Assembly: GCA_965214705.1 (NCBI GenBank)
Contig: OZ243972.1
Span: 3,520,001-3,584,000 of the forward strand
Direction: 5' to 3'
Source: Alphaproteobacteria bacterium
Lineage (GTDB): Bacteria > Pseudomonadota > Alphaproteobacteria > UBA828
DNA: 64,000 nucleotides
The position numbers and the translations under genes are program-made. Shown here one piece after another: positions 8,496-18,415 of this stretch. Each line of letters begins with the position of its first letter. Position 1 is the first letter of the stretch. Under the pieces are notes generated by a model. The model was not told where the DNA came from and searched no databases. It saw only the letters and a program-made list of their open reading frames with translations.

Positions 8496-10655
8496 CCCAA
8501 GTTGGCACTTTTTCCGGTTGCTCAATGCCGGTCTGCCCATATTTTGCGGACCGAAGTACCACATATTGGGGTAGCTCCGAGATGATGCCACTATATGTGT
8601 AATTGAGGCGCTGGAAGCGCGTTGTAGTGCCAGGAGTTGTTAGGTATTGACGATTTTCCCTTGACCCCAGACCCCAAGCCGACAAATCTTGGCCCCTCGC
8701 AACAATCTCGCGACGGGCGACATGTTCATCAGGGCAACCAAGACCCACACCACCGACGGCAAGCCCGTCCGAAGCCATCGCCTCGTGCTCTCCCAGCGCA
8801 TCGGCGACAAGGTCAGGCAGCGCACGCTCCTCAACCTCGGCACCGACTATCCGGTGCCGAAGGAGAAATGGCGCGAAGTGGCCGAACTCGCCGAGGCGCT
8901 GCTGCACGGCCGCCCGCCGCTGCTCCAAGCCGTCCCGGACGTGCAGGCCGCAGCCGAGGACATCGTCGCCAAGCTCAGGGCCAGGGGGTTCCGTGCCGAG
9001 GCGATGCAGGAAGAGGCGCGCAAGCCCGAGATCGCCACCGTCGACCTCGATACCCTGGAGCATGAGAACCCGCGCACCGTCGGCTGCGAGCGCCTGTGCC
9101 TCAAGGCCCTCGACGACCTTGGCTTCGCCGAAATCCTCCACGGCCTCGACATCAAGGGCCGCGACGGACGCATCGCCAGCGCGCTGATCGTCGCCAGGAT
9201 GGTCCATCCCGCCAGCGAGCGTGATACCAGCCGCTGGCTCCGCCACGACAGCGCGGCCGCCGAGCTCCTGGGCCTGGAGGGCGACCGCAAGGCGCTGCGG
9301 CGCAAGACGCTCTACCGCATCGGCGACCTGCTCTGGCGCCACCGGGCCGCCATCCAGAGGGAACTGTTCAACCGTGAGCGCGCGCTGCTCGACCTGCCCG
9401 AGACGATCGCCTTCTACGATCTCACCAACGTCCACTACCACGGCCACACCGACGGCGAGCTTCCCAGGTTCGGGCGCTCCAAGCAGAAGCGCGACGACTG
9501 TCCCCTCATCACGCTGGCGCTGGCGCTCGACGGTGCGGGCTTCCCGCGCAGTTGCGAGATCCTGCCCGGCAACGTGAGCGAGCCGGGCACGCTGCACGAG
9601 GCGCTGGCCCGGCTCGAGGCGGTATGCGGCGGCACGGCGGCGAAGCCCACGGTGGTCATGGACGCGGGCATCGCCACCGAGGAGAACATCGTCTGGCTGG
9701 GCGAGCAGGGCTACGACTGGATCGCGGTCAGCCGCGGTGCCAGGCCTGCGCCGCCCGAGGGCGGACCCGAGGCCCTGCTGATCACCAGCGCGCGCCACGA
9801 GGTGCGGGCCTGGCGGCTTGCCAGCGAGGACGGCGAGGCGCGGCTCTACGTCGTCAGCGAGGGCAAGAAGAAGGCCGAGAACGCGATCATCGGCCTGAGG
9901 CGGAACCGCTTCGAGGCGGCGCTGCAAAGGCTCCACGGCGGCCTTGCGGTCAAGGGCCGCCTCAAGCGCTACGACAAGGTGCTGGAGAGCATAGGCCGCC
10001 TCAAGCAGCGCTTCTCCGCCGTCGCCAGGCACTACGAGATCACGGTCGAGAAGGCGGACACCGGCCCCAATGCCACCGCCGTGCGCTTCAAGCGCAGGCC
10101 GCGATACGACGAGGCCGATGAGGGCGCGGGCGCCTATGTGCTGCGCACCAGCCACGTCGACTGGGATATCGAGACGGTCCTGCGGACGTACTGGCGGATC
10201 ACGGATATCGAGGCGACATTCCGAAGCCTGAAATCCGAACTCGGCCTTCGCCCGATCTGGCACCAGCTCGACCGGCGCATCGCGGCCCACCTGCTGATCG
10301 CCGTGCTGGCCTACCACGCCGTGCATCTGATCCGTACCCGGCTGGCCGCGCGGGACATCCACAAGTGCTGGGCATCGATCCGCGAGAGCATGCGGACCTG
10401 GGTGCGGATCACCACGCGCCTGCGCCAGACCGACGGCACCTTGATCGTCAATCGACAGGACACGCGCCCGGCCGCTGAGGTTGCCGCAATCTCCTCGGCG
10501 GCGGGCGTGGACCCCGCCATCCACCGCACGAGGACCCGCCTGCCGAACTGACAGAATCCAACAAAATGTAGTGCCATGTTGGAACCGGCCGAGAGAAATA
10601 TCGCGTTACATCAACACGATAAAGGACATGGGTAGGACAAAAGTGCCAACTTGGG
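8496..10655 (+). mobile_element. IS1634-family insertion sequence inserted in the integrase gene
   Basis: Perfect 17-bp terminal IRs CCCAAGTTGGCACTTTT (8496-8512, 10639-10655); 4-bp TAAC target duplication (8492-8495, 10656-10659). Confidence 0.92.
8722..10551 (+). CDS. IS1634-family DDE transposase
   Basis: FYDLTN, VVMDAGI, IEATFRSLKSELGLRPIWHQ...RIAAH motifs; likely start MFIRAT. Confidence 0.92.
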   Translation: MFIRATKTHTTDGKPVRSHRLVLSQRIGDKVRQRTLLNLGTDYPVPKEKWREVAELAEALLHGRPPLLQAVPDVQAAAEDIVAKLRARGFRAEAMQEEARKPEIATVDLDTLEHENPRTVGCERLCLKALDDLGFAEILHGLDIKGRDGRIASALIVARMVHPASERDTSRWLRHDSAAAELLGLEGDRKALRRKTLYRIGDLLWRHRAAIQRELFNRERALLDLPETIAFYDLTNVHYHGHTDGELPRFGRSKQKRDDCPLITLALALDGAGFPRSCEILPGNVSEPGTLHEALARLEAVCGGTAAKPTVVMDAGIATEENIVWLGEQGYDWIAVSRGARPAPPEGGPEALLITSARHEVRAWRLASEDGEARLYVVSEGKKKAENAIIGLRRNRFEAALQRLHGGLAVKGRLKRYDKVLESIGRLKQRFSAVARHYEITVEKADTGPNATAVRFKRRPRYDEADEGAGAYVLRTSHVDWDIETVLRTYWRITDIEATFRSLKSELGLRPIWHQLDRRIAAHLLIAVLAYHAVHLIRTRLAARDIHKCWASIRESMRTWVRITTRLRQTDGTLIVNRQDTRPAAEVAAISSAAGVDPAIHRTRTRLPN

Positions 10656-11298
10656 TAACGTGCCGGTCCAGTGTGCGGTGAAGACACGCGACTTCGTCGC
10701 GCGACAGGAATCGAGTGAGCTTCGGACGGGGGTTCCACTTCACACCTTTGGCGGGGTTCGACTGAAGGTGGCCGGCCGCAACCGCGTGGTTCAGTATCCG
10801 GCGGAGCAGGCTCAACGCGTTATTAGCCCCGCCCGGTGCGGTCAAGCTGTATTCGTCGAACCAGCGGGTGACGCCGGCGCGGGTGATACGGTCCAGCGGT
10901 AACGTTCCGAAGGCAGGAAGCAGGCGCGCATCGACAATCCTGGCCGCAGCCTTACGCGTCGACGGCTTGCCCCGGTCGAAACACGTCCGCCCCACACCTG
11001 CGGCAAAATCCGCGAACGTCGGGGCCGCGCTGCGGTGCATTCGGCCGGTCTGCGACCCGGTCTCGATGGCGATGCACCTGGCGCGCGCCTCCTCGACACC
11101 CAGCAGCACGGCAGGACCGAGGGTGATCCTTCGCGCGCCGCCTTCGGCATTCCGCCGATACACGAAGGTCCGGTGACCCGACGGCCGGACGCGTACGCCG
11201 AGACCAGCGTGACGCGTGTCCCAGACCGTATACTCGCCGGCCGCCGGCGCCAGTCTCGCGACATTGGCATCGGTCAGACGCCGTCTTTTCGCGGCCAC
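10656..11298 (-). pseudogene. Tyrosine integrase, N-terminal part (arm-binding and core-binding domains)
   Basis: RLTDANVARL...YTVWDTRHAGLGVRVRPSGHRTFVY; removing the IS restores the in-frame junction TLDRHV-SERPSCARQADVIR. Confidence 0.9.
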
Positions 11299-11304
11299 GT
11301 CTCA

Positions 11305-11573
11305 ACCCTCGATGGCGCGACTCGGCAACCTTTACGACAGTGCCATGATGGAGAGCTTCATGAAGGCGCTGAAGGTCGAGGGCGTCTACCCCATGGCCTT
11401 CGAGAGCACAGACGAGGTTGCGGAACACCTGCCGTGCTTCATCGACAGTTACAACGAGAGGCGCCTACACTCGGCGCTCGGCTACCTAAGCCCCAACCGC
11501 TTCGAGGAGGAACACACCCGCAACCCGGTCAAATCCGCCGCATTAAACTGTCCGCCCCCAAGGGCCCACTCCA
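11305..11573 (+). mobile_element. IS3-family remnant (transposase C-terminus and right end)
   Basis: GNLYDSAMMESFMKALKVE...YNERRLHSALGYLSP; end sequence CTGTCC...GGGCCCACTCCA. Confidence 0.85.
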
Positions 11574-11723
11574 TGCGGCGGAGTAAAATTGTACCACGGT
11601 CTCGGCGGTAGCTTGTCCCCGTAGTCCACGGGAGGGACCCGCGCGCGGGGCGCCGCGCCCTCGGCGCGGCTGGCGGCGGCCCGCGCGCAGGCTGGGCCTG
11701 TGGGCCCACGGGGGCAAGCGGGG

Positions 11724-11996
11724 TTATTCGGAAGGAGGCCGGCGCCGCGATCGGCTCTGCTTGAGCCGGTAGCTCTCGCCGTTCATCTCCAGGATACGGA
11801 CATGGTGGGTGATGCGGTCGACCAGGCGGCGCTCGCAGTCGATCATCTCCATCTCCACCAGTCGGGCGAGGAACTGCACGTGATCCAGGCCGTCTGCCAC
11901 GCACTGGCGGGCCAGTTTCTCGTATTCGCGCAGGAAGGTCGGCAGCTTGAGCTTCTTCAGGTGATGTTCGAGCAGGATGCGGGGCGGCTCAGCCAT
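11724..11996 (-). pseudogene. istB: IstB helper ATPase with its core deleted
   Basis: N-terminal LLEHHLKKLKLPTFLREY joined directly to C-terminal DRITHHVRILEMNGESYRL; no Walker motifs remain. Confidence 0.87.
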
Positions 11997-13169
11997 GGCC
12001 GGCTCCTGCGACGAGCAGGGTGGCGTAGTCGGCGCTGCGAGTGGCGGCGATGAAGGGCTGGGGCAGGTGCGGGTAGCGTGAGAGGTCGAGACGGGCCGGG
12101 CGCTTCTCGATGCGCGCCAGCAGCAGGTGCTTGACGGCATCGAAGCCGATCAGGCGGCACTTCACCGCGTCCTGCACCGCGGCCGTCACCGTGTTCTCGG
12201 GGAAGTCCTCCAGCAGGCGCAGGGTCTGGATGTAGTCCCGCTTGCCGCGCGGCCCGAAGCGGGCCTCCAGGAGGCGGCGTAGCGCATCGAAGGCCGGATC
12301 GAGCTTCCATCCCCGCAGCGCCGCCGCCTTCTCGCCCTGCTCCAGTGCGTCGAGCTGCTCCAGGCGGCGCGCCAGCAACCGCTCGTTCAGAACGTCCAGA
12401 TCGGCCACCTTCGGGATCTGCACCATGAACGTGCGCCGCGCCGTCTTCACCAGCGCCTCCACCTTGCCCTTGCCGGGCCGGCCGAAGCGGTCGCGGAACA
12501 GGTAGTGCGACTGAAGATGCGTGAACGCTTGGGTGCGCTGACGGGTGCCGTCACCGAGGATCCGCGCCACCGCCAGCGTCGTGTTGTCATAGAGGATCAG
12601 CGCGGCACCCCGACGAGGAAGGCGAAGGCGCTGACATGGCCGTCCAGAAACGCCTCGGTCGTCTCCTTCGGACAGGCCTTCACGAACCAGACGTCGGAAT
12701 GCGGCAAGATCAGGCAGAAGAAGGCGATCTTCTCGCGAATGCCCCCGACCTCCACCACCGCCTCGCCGAAGTCGACCTGGTCATGGCCCGGCGGCTGATG
12801 CAGCGGAACGAAGGCCTCGCGCACGGACTGCCGCTGCGAGCGGACGTAGTCCTTGACGATCGTGTAGCTGCCCGTGAACCCGTGCTCGTCCCGCAGCCGC
12901 TCGAAGATCCGATGCGCCGTGTGCCGCTGCTTGCGTGGCACGTCCGGGGCCCTGTCCGCCTCCAGGATCGCGTCGATGATGCCGGTGAAGCCCTCCAGCT
13001 TCGCCGCCGCACCGGCTTGGTCCGCCGATACCCCGGCGGCGCCGAATAGCTCAGCATCTTCTTCACCGTGCGACGGTCGATACCAAACCGCCGGCCCGCT
13101 ACCCTGTGGCTCAGACCCTCCTCGACAACCGCCAGTCGAACCGCCGCATAAGAGTTCCACGCCGTACAT
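11989..13169 (-). pseudogene. istA: IstA transposase, frameshifted and internally deleted
   Basis: RKQRHTAHRIFERLRDEHGFTG, QVDFGEA and HYLFRDRFGRPGKG segments spread over several frames. Confidence 0.88.
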
Positions 13170-13279
13170 CGCCCGCCCCTCGCCACAACCGACAAGGGCC
13201 ATAGGTGGCGCATTCTTGCGCCGCCGCGACCAAACCGGCCGGCCGCTCCGCGTGGACCATTATTCCGCCGCCGTTAACA

Positions 13280-13717
13280 CCTGGACGATGGTGAAGAGAC
13301 GGTTGCTGGCGTCGAGCTTCTCGATCTGATCGGCGAACTTGAACCGCTCGAAGATGTGCGCGCGGTCGGGGAAAAACCGTTGATGTACGACACGAGGTTC
13401 GGCGCGATGTTCTCGGCATCGCCGAGCAACCGGGCAAAGGTGTAGGGGCTCGTGTTGTAGAGCGGATGCTTCCGCTGGGGGTCAGCGGCCTTGTCGAGCA
13501 GGCGTTCCATTGCCGCCTCGGGCATCTGCGGCGCCTCGAGCTTGTCACGCTCCTTCAGAACGGCATCCTTGGTTGGCTCCAGGACACAATCGAGGCGACG
13601 CAAGACGACCATGGGCAGCATGACCGGGCGGTATTGAGGAGGCCGGTACGGCCCTCTGAGCCGGTTCACGATTTCCCAGATCTTGGATCTAAGCGCGTCG
13701 TGCGTCTGAACGTTCAC
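13280..13717 (-). pseudogene. hsdM: Type I restriction-modification subunit M, N-terminal fragment
   Basis: IWEIVNRLRGPYRPPQY..VMLPMVVLRRLDCVLEPTK; frameshift near 13360; cut off at the IS21 end. Confidence 0.87.
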
Positions 13718-14678
13718 AGGAAACCTTCTCTCGGGTGTGTTCGCCGCGAGGGCAGTGCGGCGGCTCGATCACTCGTTGTCGCATCCTCGGGTGACCGGCG
13801 CCCACTGAATAGTCTCGTTTGAATGGTAATGCACGGCCGGTTGGTTCACCACGATGGGCGACCGACGTAGCGGAGCCAAGTATCCGACCTTGGCATGAAA
13901 ACCGGTACCGAGACTGGCGGCCTGATGCTGTCTCAGGCGGCGCGCCGAGAAGCAGTCGAGCCCAACGTCATCGCAGGCGCCGTCGATAAAAGGTGCATCG
14001 CCGCATACGCGCGCGCAGCCACGCGCGAACTCACCCAACTCGAGGTTCGGGCCCGGGCAGCCCGCCCTCGGGCACCTGAGAACTTCGATAGCTACATAGC
14101 CCTTGCTTAGGGGGCCATTACGTCACTCCGACTATCTGTATCCCTGTACATCTCACACCGTCGCGAATTTGGCCTCAATGGTCGTCATCTCGATCCAACC
14201 AAGGAGTGCAAAAACGCTGGTGTGTGCAGGATGAACAATTCGCAGAAGGGGGTAAATCACGTGCAGGGGGATGAATCTAACGACAGAGGGATGGTGAATC
14301 TTCTGCACGCTAACTGCTAGTCAGAGAATCGTGAATTAGTCCTTGTGCATGAGAGAGAACATTGGCAAAGATTAACGATGGAACTACTCGAGGAGAATTG
14401 CGCGCATCTAGGCCGAGAAGGCCTTCGGCTATGGTACGGCATGGTGGCACGAGCCTGGAGAACTGATGGAGGTGACAAAGCGATGCGCACGCCACGTTGT
14501 GGGGAAGGAGGCCCACTACATCAGGCGTTCAGCGACGTATCAGGAGAGGAAGTGTTGGCTCGCCGAACCGGAGCCGATGGCGCCGGGGCTCGGTGGTGAG
14601 CCCACATGCAGGCAAAAAGTTCTAGGCTGAATGGCTGGCGATAAGAGGAGCATTAAAGGAACAACGGGCTATCTCCAT

Positions 14679-14727
14679 TTTGCCAAATTGGCAAAGATTT
14701 GTAGAAGGGCGCACTTTGCCAAATTGG
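14679..14727. promoter_or_regulatory. Tandem operator-like palindromes
   Basis: TTTGCCAA-A-TTGGCAAA (14679-14695) and partial copy TTTGCCAAATTGG (14715-14727) in AT-rich DNA. Confidence 0.5.
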
Positions 14728-14822
14728 TGAGTATTCTAATTTAAACTTGCCCCTGTTCGAAACAGGGAGTAGTAGAGCTGCCCGGGTCGCTCAAAAAGCG
14801 ACGCTGCGATACGGGAGCACCC

Positions 14823-15035
14823 ATGACCCTTGGCGACAGTTGCTTCGGCGTTAACGTCAACCCCTCCGGCGACCCACGCATCGTGGACATCAAACGTCGC
14901 GCGGCGGGCCCGATCGAAGTGAGCATCGGCGAGGACCGTCCTAGCGGGATCGCCCAGTTCCAGGCACTGTCGATGAAGAACATCGAAACCGGCACCATGC
15001 GGACGGCCAAGGCCGCGGCACTGTCGGGGTGCCGC
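14823..15035 (+). pseudogene. Eroded small phage-type helical-hairpin protein (possible Acb2/Tad1-like fold)
   Basis: MTLGD..GVNVNPSGD..VDIKRRAA..IE...QALSMKNIETGTM..AKAA follows a pattern I recall from small phage proteins; GGAG RBS; no stop at the expected position. Confidence 0.45.
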
Positions 15036-15700
15036 GTAACTCGGCCCGTGCCCTGCCGTCTGGTAGCCGCCGTCCCGAGCGTAGAAGCGCCCCTCGCTAT
15101 CCATGCCGCTAGCCTCGAACGGTGCTCGTCCCTCTACCCGTTACCCACGCGTAGATGCGCCGCACTCCACAACAAGACCGCCTTGCGGCACATCCGGTCG
15201 ATCTCCTCTTCGCGCCCCGCCGGACGCGCAAGAGTGCCGGACGCCGAAGCACGCTGGTGCCGCCCGGCCGGCCTGCAAGCCGCCTCGACGAGACCCCCCC
15301 CCCCCCGCGACGGCCTCGACACCCCTGTGCGGTACGCCTACGCGCCGAGATAAGCGCCTCGAGGCATCCTGTCTTCACCCCGCTTCGCCATGCCGCACTA
15401 AGCCACCAAACACTGTTGCACCCCAGTTCGCCCGAATTTGCGCGTTCCGACCCCCGCGGAACCCCCTGCACCGAACGCCTCGACGGCTCGCCAAGCATCC
15501 GAAACCGCGCTCGCCGACGCCGAAAGTGCCCCTCACAGGCGCCTCGCCGCATGCATAGACACGCTAGCGCCGCACGGCCGCGCCATGCGCGTAGAGCGCA
15601 GCGTGCGCTGCAGCATGCGCGCTTCAACTACAACATCTTGTGGCGCGGCACTTCCGTAATCGCGAAGACAGGCTAAGTGGTTGAAATGGTATAGATCAGA

Positions 15701-15728
15701 ATTTACCAGAAACGATGTTATGCGAATT
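15701..15728 (-). other. dif-like XerC/XerD recombination site
   Basis: Minus strand AATTCGCATAA-CATCGT-TTCTGGTAAAT, 11-6-11 architecture. Confidence 0.6.
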
Positions 15729-16044
15729 TCCGGCGCATCGGCCACGCGTGGAACGCATGGCGCCTCGATGGCGCGCGACATCGGCCAGCCAAGCTCCGCC
15801 GGCACCTCGACGGGCGCCCCGACGTGGTGCGAGCGGGTGCGGCCTCGACAGCAGCGCCAGGCCCGAAACTCAAGGCCAGCGCCGGCTGCAGCGCCAAGCC
15901 GTGCCGACACGCCCGCGCACGCTCGACCGGCGGCGCAGAGCGGGGAGGGGGGCCGACCTGCGGCCGGCGGCCGCACTGCGTCAGGTCCCAGCACATCCCA
16001 GCGCCCCAATTGCCCATCAAGTGGACAGAATCAGAAGGATTGAA

Positions 16045-17718
16045 CCTAAATCCCGCAGTTGGGGGCGATGATCGGTCGATTTCCGGGCTCAATTTCAGCC
16101 TGCCAGCGCAGGCCGAGGCGGTGGAATCCAGGGCTGGCGACCCGGCTGGCGGCCCCGGAGGTACTTCTTCAGCGCTTCCGCCAGGATCCGGCGCCAGCGA
16201 TCCTCAGCGCTCAACTGCTCCGCACTTGTCAGCAGAGTCTGGAAGAAGCCGGTGATCCGCCGCAACGCCGCGACCACGGCCCCCCGCCGCCCGTGGCTCG
16301 ACGTCACCGTCAGCCGGGTTTGACCGGCGTGATGGGTCTGGCGGGCAACCCCATGCAGCAGGAGCGGTCGGCTGGTGATCGCCTCGCGGTGGTGATCGGG
16401 GTCCGCCAAGCGCACGAACAGGCTCCACCAATTGTAAATGAGCGCGATCAGCCGGGCCATGTGCTGGCAGCGCTTCAGGTCTCGCGTGGTGAAGCCGCCC
16501 CAGCCCCACTGGTTCTTCAACTCGTCGAAGCCGTTCTCCGCGTCCGCCCGATCCCGGTAGAGCTGGGCGATCGAGAGAACCTCCAGATCCAGAGACGTCG
16601 CCAGAACCGCAAACTCCCACACCTTGGTGCCAGGCTGCGCGTCGGCCCAGAAGAGATCGCCCTGACCGTCGTCTGCGCGCGTCAGCGCCACCGTCCCGGG
16701 AAGCCGACGGCGCAGCACCACCACGCGACGCGTCCGGCTCCAGCCATGCAAGCGAAGCTCGGCCTCGATCCCCGACCAGCCCGGGCCCGCGTCCGTCCAC
16801 TCGTCCCGCGTCATCAGGCACTCGGCAAGCCGGCGCGCGCCCTTGGTCAGGCGCAGCTTGAACAGATAGTCGAGACCCGCCCCCTCGCACGACGCCATGT
16901 TGCCCTCGTTGCCCCAGTCCTTGTCGCCCCGTACGAGCCGCGGCCAGTTCTCACGGCCGAGGCGGTCGAGCAAGGCCCACAGCGAAGGCGCCGCGTTCTT
17001 CGAGTGGTGACGGTTCCCGGGCGCGACATCGACGTCCAGAACAAGGCGCGTGCCCGCCATCAGGAACGCATGGTAGGCATGCGACGGACGGCCCGGCTTC
17101 TTCGGGTTGTAGCTCACCACAGCCCCCTCCTGGTGGCCGTAGAGCGGCTTGATCGTTGTGTCGCAATCCAGAACCCACGGCTCGCTCAGCAAGGGCCGCG
17201 CCGTGTCGTCGAGATGGCCGTGCAGCCAGGAAGCGCCGTCCTCCGCGTCGATCCGTCCCAGGCCGCGCCGAACCGAGTCCTCGCTCGCCACCTTGGTCAT
17301 GCCCAACAGCGACGGATTGACGCCGTCGCCGCGCAGCGCCGTGATGTGCGCGTAGCGCCAGTGTCCTGCGAGGGCCGACAGCATCACCGTCCCCAGCACG
17401 TCCCGCTTCGAGGGCGCGTTCGGGCTCGTGTAGTGCAGCGGGCAGTCCGCCACCAGCGCGTCGAAGCGGCCGCTGACTTTCAGGTATTCGGCGAAGAACA
17501 CCAGATGACCCAGCGGTGTGGCCGCCGCATCCGGGTCCCATTCGACGTGGACGGTGCCGCCGAAGGTGTCCACCTTCACGGCCTCTCGGGCGAGCTCCCG
17601 CGCAGTGCTGGGACCATCACCCGCAGGGTGAGCCTCAAGGGCCTGTTTCGATTCGCTCATGCCCCTAGCCTACAAGGCTTTTTCGTGATCGGCCCCGAAA
17701 CCAACTGCGGGATTTAGG
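16045..17718 (-). mobile_element. IS1380-family insertion sequence
   Basis: Perfect 18-bp IRs CCTAAATCCCGCAGTTGG (16045-16062, 17701-17718); 5-bp TTGAA target duplication (16040-16044, 17719-17723). Confidence 0.9.
16095..17660 (-). CDS. IS1380-like DDE transposase
   Basis: LDCDTTIKPLYGHQEGA, VRGD, YRDRADAENGFDELKNQWG motifs. Confidence 0.9.
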   Translation of the reverse strand: MSESKQALEAHPAGDGPSTARELAREAVKVDTFGGTVHVEWDPDAAATPLGHLVFFAEYLKVSGRFDALVADCPLHYTSPNAPSKRDVLGTVMLSALAGHWRYAHITALRGDGVNPSLLGMTKVASEDSVRRGLGRIDAEDGASWLHGHLDDTARPLLSEPWVLDCDTTIKPLYGHQEGAVVSYNPKKPGRPSHAYHAFLMAGTRLVLDVDVAPGNRHHSKNAAPSLWALLDRLGRENWPRLVRGDKDWGNEGNMASCEGAGLDYLFKLRLTKGARRLAECLMTRDEWTDAGPGWSGIEAELRLHGWSRTRRVVVLRRRLPGTVALTRADDGQGDLFWADAQPGTKVWEFAVLATSLDLEVLSIAQLYRDRADAENGFDELKNQWGWGGFTTRDLKRCQHMARLIALIYNWWSLFVRLADPDHHREAITSRPLLLHGVARQTHHAGQTRLTVTSSHGRRGAVVAALRRITGFFQTLLTSAEQLSAEDRWRRILAEALKKYLRGRQPGRQPWIPPPRPALAG

Positions 17719-17737
17719 TTGAATCGGGAGGACTGAA

Positions 17738-18202
17738 GTGGACAGCCGGGAATGCACAGAATTGAAGTGGACGCCGCCGCCGAAAGGGTCACCGGCCGAT
17801 CGGGTTCTCGATAACTTGGGTCAGTTCAGAAGGCCCAGTTGGGAACGCGCGTGTCGCTGTTGCCGGGGCTGGAACGTGACCGACACGAAGAAGCTGGCTG
17901 AGGAAGCGGCGCGGGGCGGGGACCCGCGACTGTCGTGGTGCCTGCCAATCCTCGAGGCTCGGGATCGGCGTTCTTCCCTGAAAAAAGAAAGAAACCCGGA
18001 CGAGGAGGTTCGGGACGTGATTCGGCGGGGCCGACCGTACTCGGACAGGGGTTGGCAAGCATATCGACTCAAGGCACGCGGGAGGCGCACGTGGGCGTCC
18101 ATCGCACGCGAGCTCGGTCTGTCGGACGCGCGCAAGGGCGACGTTGCGCTGCGGATGGCGAAGCGCCACGCGCAGCACGAAGCGCTGCCGTGGCCGTTGT
18201 GA
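17738..18202 (+). CDS. Hypothetical protein with C-terminal HTH-like motif
   Basis: GGAGG RBS before GTG start; AYRLKARGRRTWASIARELGLS. Confidence 0.5.
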   Translation: MDSRECTELKWTPPPKGSPADRVLDNLGQFRRPSWERACRCCRGWNVTDTKKLAEEAARGGDPRLSWCLPILEARDRRSSLKKERNPDEEVRDVIRRGRPYSDRGWQAYRLKARGRRTWASIARELGLSDARKGDVALRMAKRHAQHEALPWPL

Positions 18203-18415
18203 GGACGCAACCAAGAGCGACGATGACCCCGCCAACAAACTCGACTGCACGATCGTGAAAGCGTCCGATCAGACGCTTGAGACGCAGAGGGATAGGATAA
18301 GAGGCGCCATGAGTACGGATGGAACGCCTGCCTCGGCGACATGCCCGCGGATGCTATCGGTGGCGCAGGCCGCCGCCCATATCGGGCCGCGCGAGCCCGG
18401 AAGGGACGCAGACGA

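Larger units (their letters stand above)
11574..13279 (-). mobile_element. Degenerate IS21-family element
   Basis: End TGTTAACGGCGGCGGAATAATGGTCCAC at 13279-13252; clipped matching end TGCGGCGGAGTAAAATTGTACCAC at 11574-11597; istA and istB remnants inside. Confidence 0.87.

Noticed and set aside
8491-10524. 677-aa minus-strand ORF
   Set aside because: Antisense shadow of the IS1634 transposase in high-GC DNA; no recognisable motifs.
16059-17717. 552-aa plus-strand ORF
   Set aside because: Antisense shadow of the IS1380 transposase.
16019-17772. Three AAGTGGAC copies around the IS1380 insertion as a CRISPR-like or iteron array
   Set aside because: Only 8 bp long with irregular spacing (38 and 29 bp after IS removal); no cas genes.
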